DNA of 64,000 nt from Octopus vulgaris (lineage: Eukaryota): assembly GCA_951406725.2 (NCBI GenBank), contig OX597818.1:79794001-79858000 (forward strand), given 5' to 3'. The notes beneath the pieces were generated by a model. The model searched no databases, had not been told where the DNA came from, and saw only the letters and a list, made by a program, of their open reading frames with translations. Made by a program: the position numbers and the translations under genes. Every line of letters begins with the position of its first letter. Within the stretch, counting starts at the first letter, position 1. Shown one piece after another: positions 52,188-64,000 of this stretch.

Positions 52188-53037
52188 TCATTCAGATAAA
52201 ATGCTTAAATAGTCTTGACTATTGATTCTACCATGAAGGGAAACCATTGGGCCGGCGGATTTCCAAGATATAGCCCTCCCCCCGATCATCACATATTCTC
52301 CACCATATTTAACAGTTGGAAGAAGGCAGTCTGTGTCAAATGCTAACTTTGGCTGTCTCCACATGTATACTCGGCCGATGGTCGGAAATAAGGTAAATGA
52401 TGACTCGTCCGAGAAAATAACATTCTTCCACTGCTCTAGGGACCAATTCTGTAGGTTTTTACTCCACCCTAAACGCATCGCAACGTTTGTTTTGAAAGTA
52501 GTGATTTTCTGTTTGCAGCCCTCCCGTGAAATCCGGCTTTGAACAGCTCTTGGCGAAAAGTTTTTGTGGAAACTTGGTTCTCGGGGTGGTCATTAAGCTC
52601 TGCAGTAATTTTTGGAGTTGTACTTATGTGACCCTTTCTAACAATTCGCGTAAGAGTCCGACGGTCCCTTTCTGAAAGTTTTGGTTTTCTTCCGGAGTTT
52701 TGTTTCGACGAGGAGGTATTTCCCACGTTCTCAAAGGCTGTCATTACTTTCGAGACAGTACTTCTTGATACACCAAACATTTCGGTTGTTTTCTTTATGC
52801 TAGCGCCTGCCATACGAGCACCGACGATTTGACCGCTTTGAAAGTCGTTTTAATGAATTCTAATTACCTTTTTCTGATGATATCTGAAAAGACACAGCAA
52901 TTTTAGCAAAACATATTAAGCATCCCTAATAATATATAAAAAAACATGAAAATAAACAAGCTTTTGGCAGTTTTATAGATATTTTAAAATTATGATGCCA
53001 TGATGCTAGGTGTTTCCATTATTTTGTCCAACCCCTG
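52188..53037 (-). mobile_element. Tc1-like (DD34E) transposon, 5' half with one TIR
   Basis: TIR CAGGGGTTGGACAAAATAATGGAAACACC; FGVSRSTVSKV..SGRKPKLS and WKNVIFSDESSF..LLPTVKYGG motifs. Confidence 0.92.
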
Positions 53038-53038
53038 A

Positions 53039-53080
<42 letters not shown>

Positions 53081-53159
53081 GTATGTACGTATGTATGCAT
53101 GCATGTATGTATGTATGTATGTATGTATGTATGTATGTATGTATAAATATATACATTTG

Positions 53160-53226
<67 letters not shown>

Positions 53227-53227
53227 G

Positions 53228-53325
<98 letters not shown>

Positions 53326-55049
53326 AAGACAGAGAGACATAGACTTGAGAGTGTATGTATGTGTATGCATATGCACATATATGGGAAGCAGGAAGAATGT
53401 CTGTCGTTTGTTAGTAGTGTTTTCTCGCTTTATAACCTGTTGCTTTCAGTCACATCTTAGCAGTTTGACCCTCATCAACATTAACGTCAACAACCACAAC
53501 AACAGGAGCAGCATCAGCAGGAGCCGCCGCAACAACTATAGCGAAACAATAACAAGAACAACAATAAGAACAATAACAACAACAGCAACAATAACAGTAA
53601 CAACAACAGCAAAAACAACAGCATAGCCATTATCGTCCTCATTATCACCGCTATCGTCACTACCATTATCGTCGTGGTTATCATAATCATCATCGTCATC
53701 TTCGAGGTTGTCAATAGAGGGCGCTTTAGAAACCTTCTAGCAATGACACAAAGTCAAAGCGGTTAAACATCACAAGAATGTTCGCGTCGGCCTAACAAAT
53801 TTTACACCATTTTAACACAGCAATTAAACTGACAGACTTCACTTAAAAAACATGCCCGCCTGTCTCTTTCGGTTCTTAACTGATTTGATTTGCTATGCCA
53901 TTCGACCAGTAAGCCTTTGAAATTTTTATTGTTGTTGTTGTTGCCGTTCGTTTTTGTTTGATTATATTTTCCCTTTAATTGTATGCTTACTTATTGTGAT
54001 GGCTGTATGGCTGTCTAGAGATGTCTGCAATGGACGGTTAGTAGCTTAAAGACACCAAACAGAAGACAAATAACGCAGGTAAGACAGGGAGCTTATCTCG
54101 AGTAAAAGACCCTAACTAGATTTGTAGCAATATTAGACATTTAACTCAGACTCGCACTATAGATTATGTTAGCCATTCAGGTAGTAATATGATGTATAAA
54201 ATAGTACACGCACGCCACACAGACACACACACACACACACACACATTCACATACATACATCCAAACATACATGCACACATACAAACATAAATGCATGCAT
54301 ACATGCATACACACATACACATAAATAAATACATATATATATATTCATGCATACGTACATACATACATACATACATACATACATACATACATACATACAT
54401 ACATACATACATACATGCATGCATGCATGCATGCATACATACATACATACATACATACATACATACATACATGGTGGCTGACCCTTCGTTATCGAGTATG
54501 GCCATTGCACGAAGCTTAATCAATGTTGTTATCGTGCAATGCCTGTGCAAGAAGATTTTTTTTAAAGGGAGGAAAGGCTGTGTCAATCACACTCACTAAG
54601 CGACAGCAGCCATAATCCGAAAAGAAGAACAAGTCAACATCATCGGTAACCACTGAGCCGCAGTTTTTATGTCGGAGTTATCCCAGTTACCTGAGTTACC
54701 TCCTCCTAGAAGGATGCCCTAACAAAGGCTAGGAATCCTTCTCTCCCAATGGTTTAACTGCGCGATCGGGTATTCAGTCCGATTATTTCTATGTCCCCGC
54801 GCATGATACAGCCTTAAGACATTTATTGGATGGCCGTTGACTCTCAAGAGTTCCTCCGCCCTTTGACGAGTTTTGTTTTTCATCCCGCAGGGTGTCCAAT
54901 AAACATCCTCCTCACCAAGCAAGCTTAGTGGGGTTGCCGGTTTAGTCGCCGACGACCCGACCATGTAACAGGTCGTACTGGGTTACATGTTACCAGTAGC
55001 ACTCGAAAGTGACCTGATATAACATATACATACATACATACATACATAG

Positions 55050-55637
55050 GCTTCTTTATTGCCCACAGGGCGCTAAACATAGATGGCACAAAGAAGGAAA
55101 GACAAAGGGATTAAGTCGATTATACCGACACCAGTGCACAACTGGTACTTATTTAATCGATCCCGAAAGGATGAAAGGCAAAGTCGACCTCGGCAGAATT
55201 TGAACTGGGAACGTAAAGACAGACGAAATACCTATTTCTTTACTACCCACAAGGGGCTAAACACAGAGAGGACAGACAAACGGATTAAGTCGATTATATC
55301 GACCCCAGTGCGTAACTGGTACTTATTTAATTGACCCGAAAGGATGAAAGACAAAGTCGACCTCGGCGGAATTTGAACTCAGAACGTACCGGCAGACGAA
55401 ATACCTATCCCTTTACTACCCACAAGGGGCTAAACATAGAGGGGACAAACAAGGAGAGACATAGGTATGAAGTCGATTACATCGACCCAAGTGCATAACT
55501 GGTACTTAATTTATCGACCCCGAAAGGATGAAAGGCAAAGTCGACCTCGGCGGAATTTGAACTCACAACGTAGCGGCAGACGAAATACCGTTAAGCATTT
55601 CGCCCGCCGCGCTAACGTTTCTGCCAGCTCGCCGCCC
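55050..55637 (-). repeat. Family-B SINE with three tandem ~175-bp body/tail units behind one head
   Basis: GAAAGGATGAAAG(G/A)CAAAGTCGACCTCGGC..GACGAAATACC recurs at ~55165, 55338 and 55522; the head CTGCCAGCTCGCCGCC occurs only once, at 55621-55636. Confidence 0.9.
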
Positions 55638-56372
55638 TACACTCCAACTATAAGAATACTCGATTAGGAGTCACCGGGAGCTAAACAGCAATAACAATAA
55701 CAACTTAAATAAAAGTAGTAACAACAGCCATAAAATACAAGAGACAGGTTTGTTCTGTCATCAACGAGACAGAGTACAGTAATGGCATTTTAACTATTTT
55801 TGCCTCCGGTTAGAAAAGCATTCATAAAGATAAACATGTGAGACTTACTGATTAATTCACAATAAATGCAGACAGGAAGACACGGCTGTCAGAGTGAACA
55901 AGGGTCTCTTTTCGTTGTTCACATGCTTGTTTTTTTATTTAGTCCCAGATAAATCTTGAATGAGGGTACCTATGATCAAAGGCATTCCAGTTATGACCAC
56001 TCCGTCTTTTTGTCAGCCATTGAGTATCCAGAACTATATTATATAATACATTCCTGTCTGTTCATGATGTTAGAATGTAATTCAAGGATGTGCGTGTATG
56101 GCTATGTATTAGGAGCTTGCTTCTCAACCACGTGTTTCCAGGCTCAGTCCCACTGCGAGGCACCCTGGGAACTTATGGGACGAACGCTGGAACAAGCGGC
56201 AGCATTTTATGCGACATGAAGAAAGCTCGAACGTCAATAGTGGAAAACGTAAAATATAAGATGAAAGGGAATTGTGTTAAAAGAACGAGCATTTATAAAG
56301 CAATGAAAAATTAGGACCTAAATACTGCCAATAAATTTTAATATATACACACACGCACAAGCTCATGCACAG

Positions 56373-56433
<61 letters not shown>

Positions 56434-57651
56434 TACATACATATATTTGTGAAGGCGCATGGCTCAGTGGTTAGAGCATCGAGCTTAGAATGGTGAGGTT
56501 GTGAGTTCGAACACCGGGCTGCGTGTTGTGTTCTTGAGCAAGACACTTTATTTCACGTTGCTTCAGTTCACTCAGCAGTAGAAATGAGTTGCGACGTCAC
56601 AGGTTCCAAGCTGTATCGGCCTTTGCCTTTCCCTTGGATAACACTGGTGGCGTGGAGAGGGGAGGCCGGTATGCATGAGCAACTGCTGGTCTTCCATAAA
56701 CAACCCTGCTCGGACTTGTGCCTGGGAGGGTAACTTTCTAGGTGCAATCCCATGGTTAGCCATGACCGAAGGGGGTCTCAGCTCAGCATATATATATTTA
56801 TATATACGTGCTTTTTTAATACAATTAGTATTCGTTGCTAAACACACTATCATCGTAAATACTGTTATCCATTCTACGGTTACGTGTAGTGAAAATTGAG
56901 CCCATCTCATTCACATTATTGTCACCCTTTTGAAGCAAACTGAACGCGAGAAATGTAATCTTAGTATGACTTAGTTTACGTAATGAAAATGCATACACAA
57001 ATGTGCCTCATCGACTTTGTTCCACAATAACTTCTAGAAAAATGTAAATTTTAAATGAAATTTTCTACAGTTATGCTTCTGATGGTATAAAATCCGATTG
57101 TATCGGAATTTATTGTTAAAAATATTTTTCGAAGTATGAGGAGAGGAGTTCCAAAAAGTTCACACGAGTCGGTTTTCTTTCCTTATAACTTTCGGAGAAA
57201 TGGGTATTTCTAGATGAAATTTTTTACAAAAACCTTTCAGAGTGTTTAAATTACGATTATATTAGAATTTAAGGTGAATTGGTGAGAACGCACACAAATA
57301 CTGACACACGTCACATTTTTTTCCGAAATTTCCAGTTTTATTTTATAGATATGTATGATGTATGTATGTGTGCAAGCCCACCAATTATTTTATAAATTAA
57401 ATTCCGATATAATTGTAATCTAAGCACTCCGAACGATATTTGTAGAAAATTTCATCAAAAACTTTCCATCTTCCTAAAAGTTATGAGGAAACAAAGTGTC
57501 TTGTGTGAATTACCCTTCACTACATAAAAATAAAATAAAACTATTTACATGTATGTACATATAAACTTTTCCAAATAATGCTTCCTACCATATTAACCAT
57601 GCCTCATTTATCTAACCTTTTCTACGCACAATGTTACCATTTCCTCACATG

Positions 57652-57870
57652 TACGAGTGGGTGTTGAAAAGTTCCTGGCTTTAGGTAAAAGAAAATACAG
57701 GAGGATCAGCTAATTATGATTTCATTCAACATATCGCCCTCTCAGACTCACTCACTTATTGCAGTGGTCCTTCGATTTTTCCAAGTCCTGTACAAGAACT
57801 CGGAAGGTTGGGCCACCAACCAGGCCTTTCGCGATACCTTTAAAGCCAGTAACTTTACGCCCCCCTCGTA
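57652..57870. mobile_element. Mariner-derived MITE
   Basis: TA-CGAGTGGGTGTTGAAAAGTTCCTGGCTTTA ... TAAAGCCAGTAACTTTACGCCCCCCTCG-TA. Confidence 0.8.
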
Positions 57871-58474
57871 AAAATTTTTAAAAAACCTATGTTCCTTTTT
57901 CCTCCAATGACTTCATTTTTCTTACAACTGTGAATTAACCTCTTCATAATATTTATTTATTTATTTTACTGACTTACTTTACTTTCTGTCACTTCCTCTA
58001 CTTCCTTAGACCCGACAATCTCTCTTCTCTTTTCAGTTGCCCCTTTATAATAACCTTTCACTGCTCTACTAATATCTATTGTTTCAATTTCATGCAATAG
58101 CCTCTTTTTTTCTGTGTATTTAAAGATCAACTAGTTTGGTGTTATCTTGCTCTTCTGATCCCCACTTTCTTGACACATTTCTGTATTCCACAGCTTGTTG
58201 AGAAGCCTTCTGGTAGACAAATAATATTTCCCACTCAGCATGTTGATCTTCGTCCACACACGTACACATATAAACCTTGTTTCCATAACTTTATGCGTTC
58301 TCTGATGCATTCGAATACAAACAAAACAGGATTAGTATTGTAAGTTCCATGAACAATAGTGTTCAAAGAACAATAGTGACTTAGGGGTTGGTCCACACTC
58401 TTCAAAACCCTAGAACTCTCGAACGAGGGTTCCTCTACTTGATGCAGTTTAATGTCATATTCAGGACAGGAAGC

Positions 58475-58702
58475 TTAACCCTTTAGCATTCAGATTATTC
58501 TGTCGAATGTAATGTTTATTTCTTCTCATTCATTTGAATTAACCATGCATTATCTCTTAGCTTTGAGATATCAATGATCAGATTGTTTAACTTTAGAATG
58601 ATATTATAGGGCAGGTATGAGAGGCCAGATTTAGCTGGTTTGCGCATAAAACAAGTATAATATTTTGGCCTGATATGACCAGTTTCAATGCTAAAGAGTC
58701 AA
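58475..58702. mobile_element. piggyBac-like MITE
   Basis: TTAA-CCCTTTAGCATT ... AATGCTAAAGAG-TCAA. Confidence 0.7.
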
Positions 58703-59439
58703 ATAGTATCAGGTGCTAATATAATAAATAAGATGAACTGGCATAGTCGTTAGTCTAGAATGTCTCGCTGTATCTGTTCAACTTTGTGTTGTGAGCTCAA
58801 ATCTCTCCGAGGTCGACTTTTCCGTTCATCCTTTGGAGTTCGGTTTTTTTTTAATGATTCAATCCAACGCAGAGATGTATATGATGGTCTGGTCGGTCAC
58901 GTGATCACGTGATTAATAAAACATGTAATTTGCAGTATCAATAGAAATTAATGAAAATATAATGTAATAAAAATAAAATAATAAATGCACCCTTTTAAAG
59001 CCTAGCCAGGCTCTTGGGCCCGGTTTGCCGGTTTCAGTGGCGTATGTGCTCCCCAGCTGGACGGGACGCCAGTCCATCGGAACGTTAAACATTCTTGCCA
59101 ACTGAGTGGACTGGAGCAACGGTAAATGAAGTGTTTTGCACAAGAACACAACACGTCACCCGGTCCAGGAATCGAAACCACAATCTTACGACCATGATGC
59201 TGACACCCTAACCACTAAGCCACGCGCCTCCACAATGAAAATATAGTGTGGTTTAAATAAAATGTTGTGAAAATATAATGTAGTGTAAATAAAATGTTGA
59301 TAAACTGTGATGTCAATGGATGGAAACATTAATCGAATGGCTTGATCGACATAAAAATGTAACGCTAACAAAATGTAGCGTTAATAAAATGTGAAAACAA
59401 TATAATGTTGTGTAAGTTCAAAATAGTGTGAACAGAATA

Positions 59440-59746
59440 AATGAATGAGCGAATAAATAAAGAAATGGGTGAACGAACGAAGGAATAAACGAACGAATGA
59501 ATGAACGAATGAACGAACGAGTGAAGGAATAAACACACAAGTGAATGGGCGAACAAATGAATTTATGAATGGACGAACAAATGAGCGAATGTTTGAATAA
59601 ATGTACGAAGGAATAAACGAATGAATGAATTAGCGAATGAATGATCAAATGATTAAGTGAACGAATAAGTGAATGAAAGAATGCATTAACGAACGAAGGA
59701 ACGAATGAGCGAAAGAATAAATGAATGAATAAATAAATGAATGAAT

Positions 59747-59748
<2 letters not shown>
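59440..59748. repeat. Degenerate (GAAT/GAAC)n tract
   Basis: Tetranucleotide-phased repeats. Confidence 0.85.
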
Positions 59749-59811
<63 letters not shown>

Positions 59812-60206
59812 CGTGCGTGAGTATGTCTGTGTGAGTTTGTGTTTGTCTCCCAACGAAGACGGCAGTGTTGGCTTCTTTACTTCCACGTAACTTAGCGGTT
59901 CGGTAAAAATATCCGATAGAATAAGAACCGAACTTAAAGGGAAAAATAAGTTCTGGGATCGATTTGTTCTACTAAACGCCCTGAAATGGCGCTCCAGCAT
60001 GGCCTCAACCAGTAACTTGGAACAAGTAAAAGATACATACATACATACATGCATTCCTACATACATACATACATACATACATACATACATACATACATAC
60101 ATACATACATACATACATACATACATACATACATACATACTTACGTATATACGTACGTACGTACGTAAATACATACATGCATATATGCATCCTGGCATAC
60201 ATGCAT

Positions 60207-60712
60207 CTTAAATTCCTTGATGGCGACCGGAGATGGAGGCTGTCCTCTCAACCAATACGCTGCGGTGGCTGCGCTAGATGATGGACTCTGGTGATGATAT
60301 TATTCCAAGCTTTCCGACCTATGGCTCTGGCCTTAGCATACTCGAGATCGAGGCTCTGCGACTTTAGGTCTTCAATTTTTTTCGTCCATATCATCAGTGG
60401 TGCGCTACGCTGCATTCTCCAGTGAGTGGGTCGGCCGAACCTAGCCTGCGCTACTTGACTTGGCGTTCAATGGTCGGCTGTTACTGTCATTGTTCTCTGA
60501 TGTTACCGTTTGAGATTCGGCCGCTTAGAAAGACACCAAGGATCCGACGATGACACTGCATTTGAAATAACTCGAGCTTATACAGGTCTCTCTTGAGGAT
60601 GGACCATGTCTCAACGTTGTACAGGTGGAGTGGCAGAACCAGCTCGCGGAGAAGATGGATCTTGGTCCTTAGGAAGATGTTGGGCTTCTTCCAGACACAA
60701 CATCGAAGGGAT
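60207..60712 (-). mobile_element. RTE-clade LINE 3' fragment, degraded
   Basis: Manual translation VLPLHLYNVETWSIL..KLELFQMQCHRRILGV..RISN..VK*RRL matches the RTE C-terminal pattern LYGxETW..F..CLRRIL..RRL. Confidence 0.75.
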
Positions 60713-60743
60713 ACATATTACATACATACATACATACATACAA

Positions 60744-61143
60744 GGCGTAGGAGTGGCTGTGTAGTAAGTAGCTTGCTTACCAGCGACATATTTCCGGGTT
60801 CAGTCCCACTGCGTAGCACTTTGGGCAGGTGTCTTCTACTATAGCCTCGGGCCGACCAAAGCCTTGTCAGTGGATTTGGTAGACGGAAACTGAAAGAAGC
60901 CCATCGTATATATGTATATATGTGTATGTGTGTGTATATGTTTGTGTGTCTGTGTTTGTCTTCCCAACATCGCTTGACAAATGATGCTGGTGTCTTTACG
61001 TCCACGTAACTTAGCGGTTCGGTAAAAGAGACCGGTACAATAAGTTCTAGGCTTACATAGAATAAGTCTTGGGGTCGAATTGTTCGACTAAAAGCAGTGC
61101 TCCAACATGGCCGCAGTCAAATGACTGAGACAAGTAAAAGAGA
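60744..61143 (+). mobile_element. Full-length family-A SINE (reference copy) with internal TA/TG microsatellite
   Basis: tRNA-like head (TGGCTGTGTAGTAAG, GGTTCAGTCCC), CORE-like TTGGGCAGGTGTCTT, and tail CATGGCCGCAGTCAAATGACTGA. Partial copies at ~1606, 5120, 10530, 12310, 14260, 14490, 22150, 22350, 22663, 28170, 44555, 47258, 50170, 59820, 62690 and 63277. Confidence 0.9.
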
Positions 61144-62562
61144 GAGAAAAAGAGAATATCTAAATCACATTCATATCAAGAACATATTAGAATTGTTATT
61201 AATTCATCATAAATCACTTTTCGTTAACCAAACAACTAAATTAGCATTTTTCTTTATTATCCATGTTACCTGGGGTCGAATTGATCGACTAAAGGCTGTG
61301 CTCCAGCATGGCCGCAGTCAAATGACTGAAACGAATAAAAAAAATAACAGAAAAGAATACATACATACATACATATATACTTACACACATACATACATAC
61401 ATACATACATACATACATACATACATACATACATACATACATACATACATACATACATACATACATAGACGCATACATACATATACTGACACAAGTAAAA
61501 TATGAAAGATAGGATATATATATATATCATTATAGAATCATTTTTGCTAATTAAAAGGACACATGGATGGTTATATCAACGTTTATAATTATATTTTCAG
61601 TAACATATTTTAAATATCAAAGCCTTTTGTCGGCCGTTTGCGACTTGATCAATTATATTTCATTGTATTATATGTTTCGCTAAATATTTATCTGGAAACG
61701 TGAATATACAGTAATTTAATATTTAATGAAAAAGTTATCTTTACGTTCGTAGGAGAACTTTGATAGCATATTGTAGTTGTTTATTATCTGTGCTATCTTC
61801 ACCTGGAATCATTTTGTTGCGATGTCTAAAGCTCTTAAGAATTGCCAAACATCTGCAGTGTCTGTATTAGTTTATTAGTCTGACTTTTACGACTTATTCC
61901 GTTTAATGTTGTCAGTATTTGTTGACTTTTATAGAAATGAAGATGACATTGAAGGGAATTCTAATTTTGGTAAATGTCTGATTTGTCTGGTAATGAACTC
62001 TCAGCTGTGGAAAGTCACAAGAAAGTCTCTATTTCTTGTAACTGTGAACTATATTTCTATGTCATTGAAACAGTTTTGGAGACATTAAGTCTGGCTCCGA
62101 CTTTCATGTACGCCAAGTTGCGCTCTTAACAACGATTATTTTGTTGTTGTTGGTGTTTTCTTCTTCACTTATTTAAAAAGACAAAAAATAAAAATACGAA
62201 CCCAATTCATTTTATTTGACCAAGGAATCCTTTAAAAGATGTAGGATTAGCTTACTTCCAAAATAGCCGAATAGAAATTATTGGTCTATTATTTCTAACA
62301 AGAAGAAGATGTGAAATTATATCAATGTCATCACTAACCTGGTTAGAATACGGTAGCTATAATATGGGGGGGGGCGTGTGCGCGTTCGTGTGTGTGCGTC
62401 TGTGTGTGTATGTATGTATGCATATGTGTGTGTGTGTGTATGTATGTAGTTAAAAACGTAGTTAAAAACTTTTTATTTCTATGGACTCTTAACCCCTTTT
62501 CAACTATACACACATACATTATGTATATATATATGTGTGTGTGTGTGTATTACAGAGAGAAG

Positions 62563-62619
<57 letters not shown>

Positions 62620-62891
62620 TGTATGTATCTCTCCCACTCTCACTGTGTGTGTGAGTGTGTGTATATTTATATACCTAACTTTTTTTTACCTTTTATTTGT
62701 TTCAGTCATTGGACTGTGATTATGCTGAGACACTACCCTGGAGTTTTTCTTTTTTTATTCAAATAAATCGACCCCAGTACTTATTTATATGTCTGATATT
62801 CTAGCAGACACTTCTTCCGAACTGCTAAGTTACGGGGGCGTAAATATAAAGACACACACTACACATACATACATACATACATACAAGCACG

Positions 62892-62945
<54 letters not shown>

Positions 62946-62971
62946 TATAGATATATACATATATACATATG

Positions 62972-63185
62972 TGTAAATGTAATATGTGACAATTATTCGG
63001 TAGCCATGATAAACTCCGAGTTTCGGATGCCGAGGTGGAAATCCATGCCACCATCTCTTCAGTTATCCGACCATCGGAAAAATACTATGAAAAATGAAGA
63101 GATGGCAGCGTGGATTTCCACCTCGGCATCCGAGACTCGGAGTTTTATCGTGGCTACCGAATAATTGTCACATATTACATTTACA
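62972..63185. ncRNA. Inverted repeat (62972-63061 / 63095-63185) forming a head-to-head hammerhead pair
   Basis: Minus 63008-63067: gataa-CTGAAGA-GATG...CATC-C-GAAAC-TCGGA-GTT-tatc. Plus arm starts at TGAAGA and reads ..CATCC-GAGAC-TCGGA-GTT-ttatc. Confidence 0.75.
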
Positions 63186-63454
63186 GATAAATTCCTCTAT
63201 TTACATAATATCGAGGTCTCTTTCATTCTTTCGTTATCTTACCATTTTTATCAATATATATATATATATATATATACGGTGGGCTTCCATTCAGTTTCTG
63301 TCAACCAAGTTCATTCACAAGGCATTAATCGACCCGGCTATAGTAAGAAGACAGTTACCGAGGGTGTCGCAGAATGAGGCTGAACCCGAAATCACGTAGT
63401 TACAAAGTTACCTTTTTTACCACACTGTATCTGCAACTATATATATATATACAT

Positions 63455-63544
<90 letters not shown>

Positions 63545-63638
63545 GTATACATGCAAACATACAAAATACGTAAGTGCGTATGTATATATATATTTATATA
63601 TATAAGTATGTATGTATATATATATGTATATATATATT

Positions 63639-63669
<31 letters not shown>

Positions 63670-63850
63670 GTATATATGTATACACACATACCACATACGT
63701 ATGTATGTACGTACGTGTGTATACATGCACACACATATATACATATATGCATATATATACATACATATATATATACATATACGTATACATATATATATGT
63801 GTGTGTATGTATATATGTATATATATATATATATATGTATGTATATATAC

Positions 63851-63891
<41 letters not shown>

Positions 63892-64000
63892 CGATAGTGT
63901 AAATGAAATGTGGATGTAGTAGCTACTTTGTGTAATTTCATCCCCCACAAGATAGTTGCGTTAATTTTGTATATCTCTGAAACCCATAACATTTCTTATA

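Noticed and set aside
60744-60815. tRNA-like A/B boxes in SINE heads (also 38809, 56451, 59160)
   Set aside because: No full cloverleaf; they continue into SINE bodies present in many diverged copies.
61934-61970. AG|AA ATG AAG ATG..(MKMTLKGILIL)|GTAAAT as a possible mini first coding exon
   Set aside because: Too short to distinguish from chance without transcript data.

Overview
This is AT-rich, microsatellite-saturated eukaryotic DNA, most likely octopus (inferred from tRNA-derived SINE families I recognise from Octopus genomes). Nearly all ORFs in the track are microsatellite translation artefacts. Host coding content is limited to one strong phase-1/1 exon (36627-37265, +) encoding an unnamed ~213-aa extracellular-type domain, plus a candidate first coding exon on the minus strand (2636-2804). 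The rest is transposon debris: three SINE families, Dong/R4-type RLE LINEs sitting in (TAA)n, RTE and CR1 fragments, Tc1/mariner fossils, MITEs, a Helitron-like end and several Penelope-like element (PLE) remnants. The most striking hidden signal is about 15 minimal type-I hammerhead ribozyme (HHR) or HHR-like motifs from several unrelated families. Many have non-canonical cores (CCGAnGA, CUGAUGC, CUGUAGA) or long stem-II insertions. They repeatedly occur as head-to-head inverted pairs, including a perfect 123-bp double-hammerhead palindrome, inserted into (TA)n tracts and often inside the internal microsatellite of one SINE family. All folds were made by eye and none is experimentally or computationally verified.
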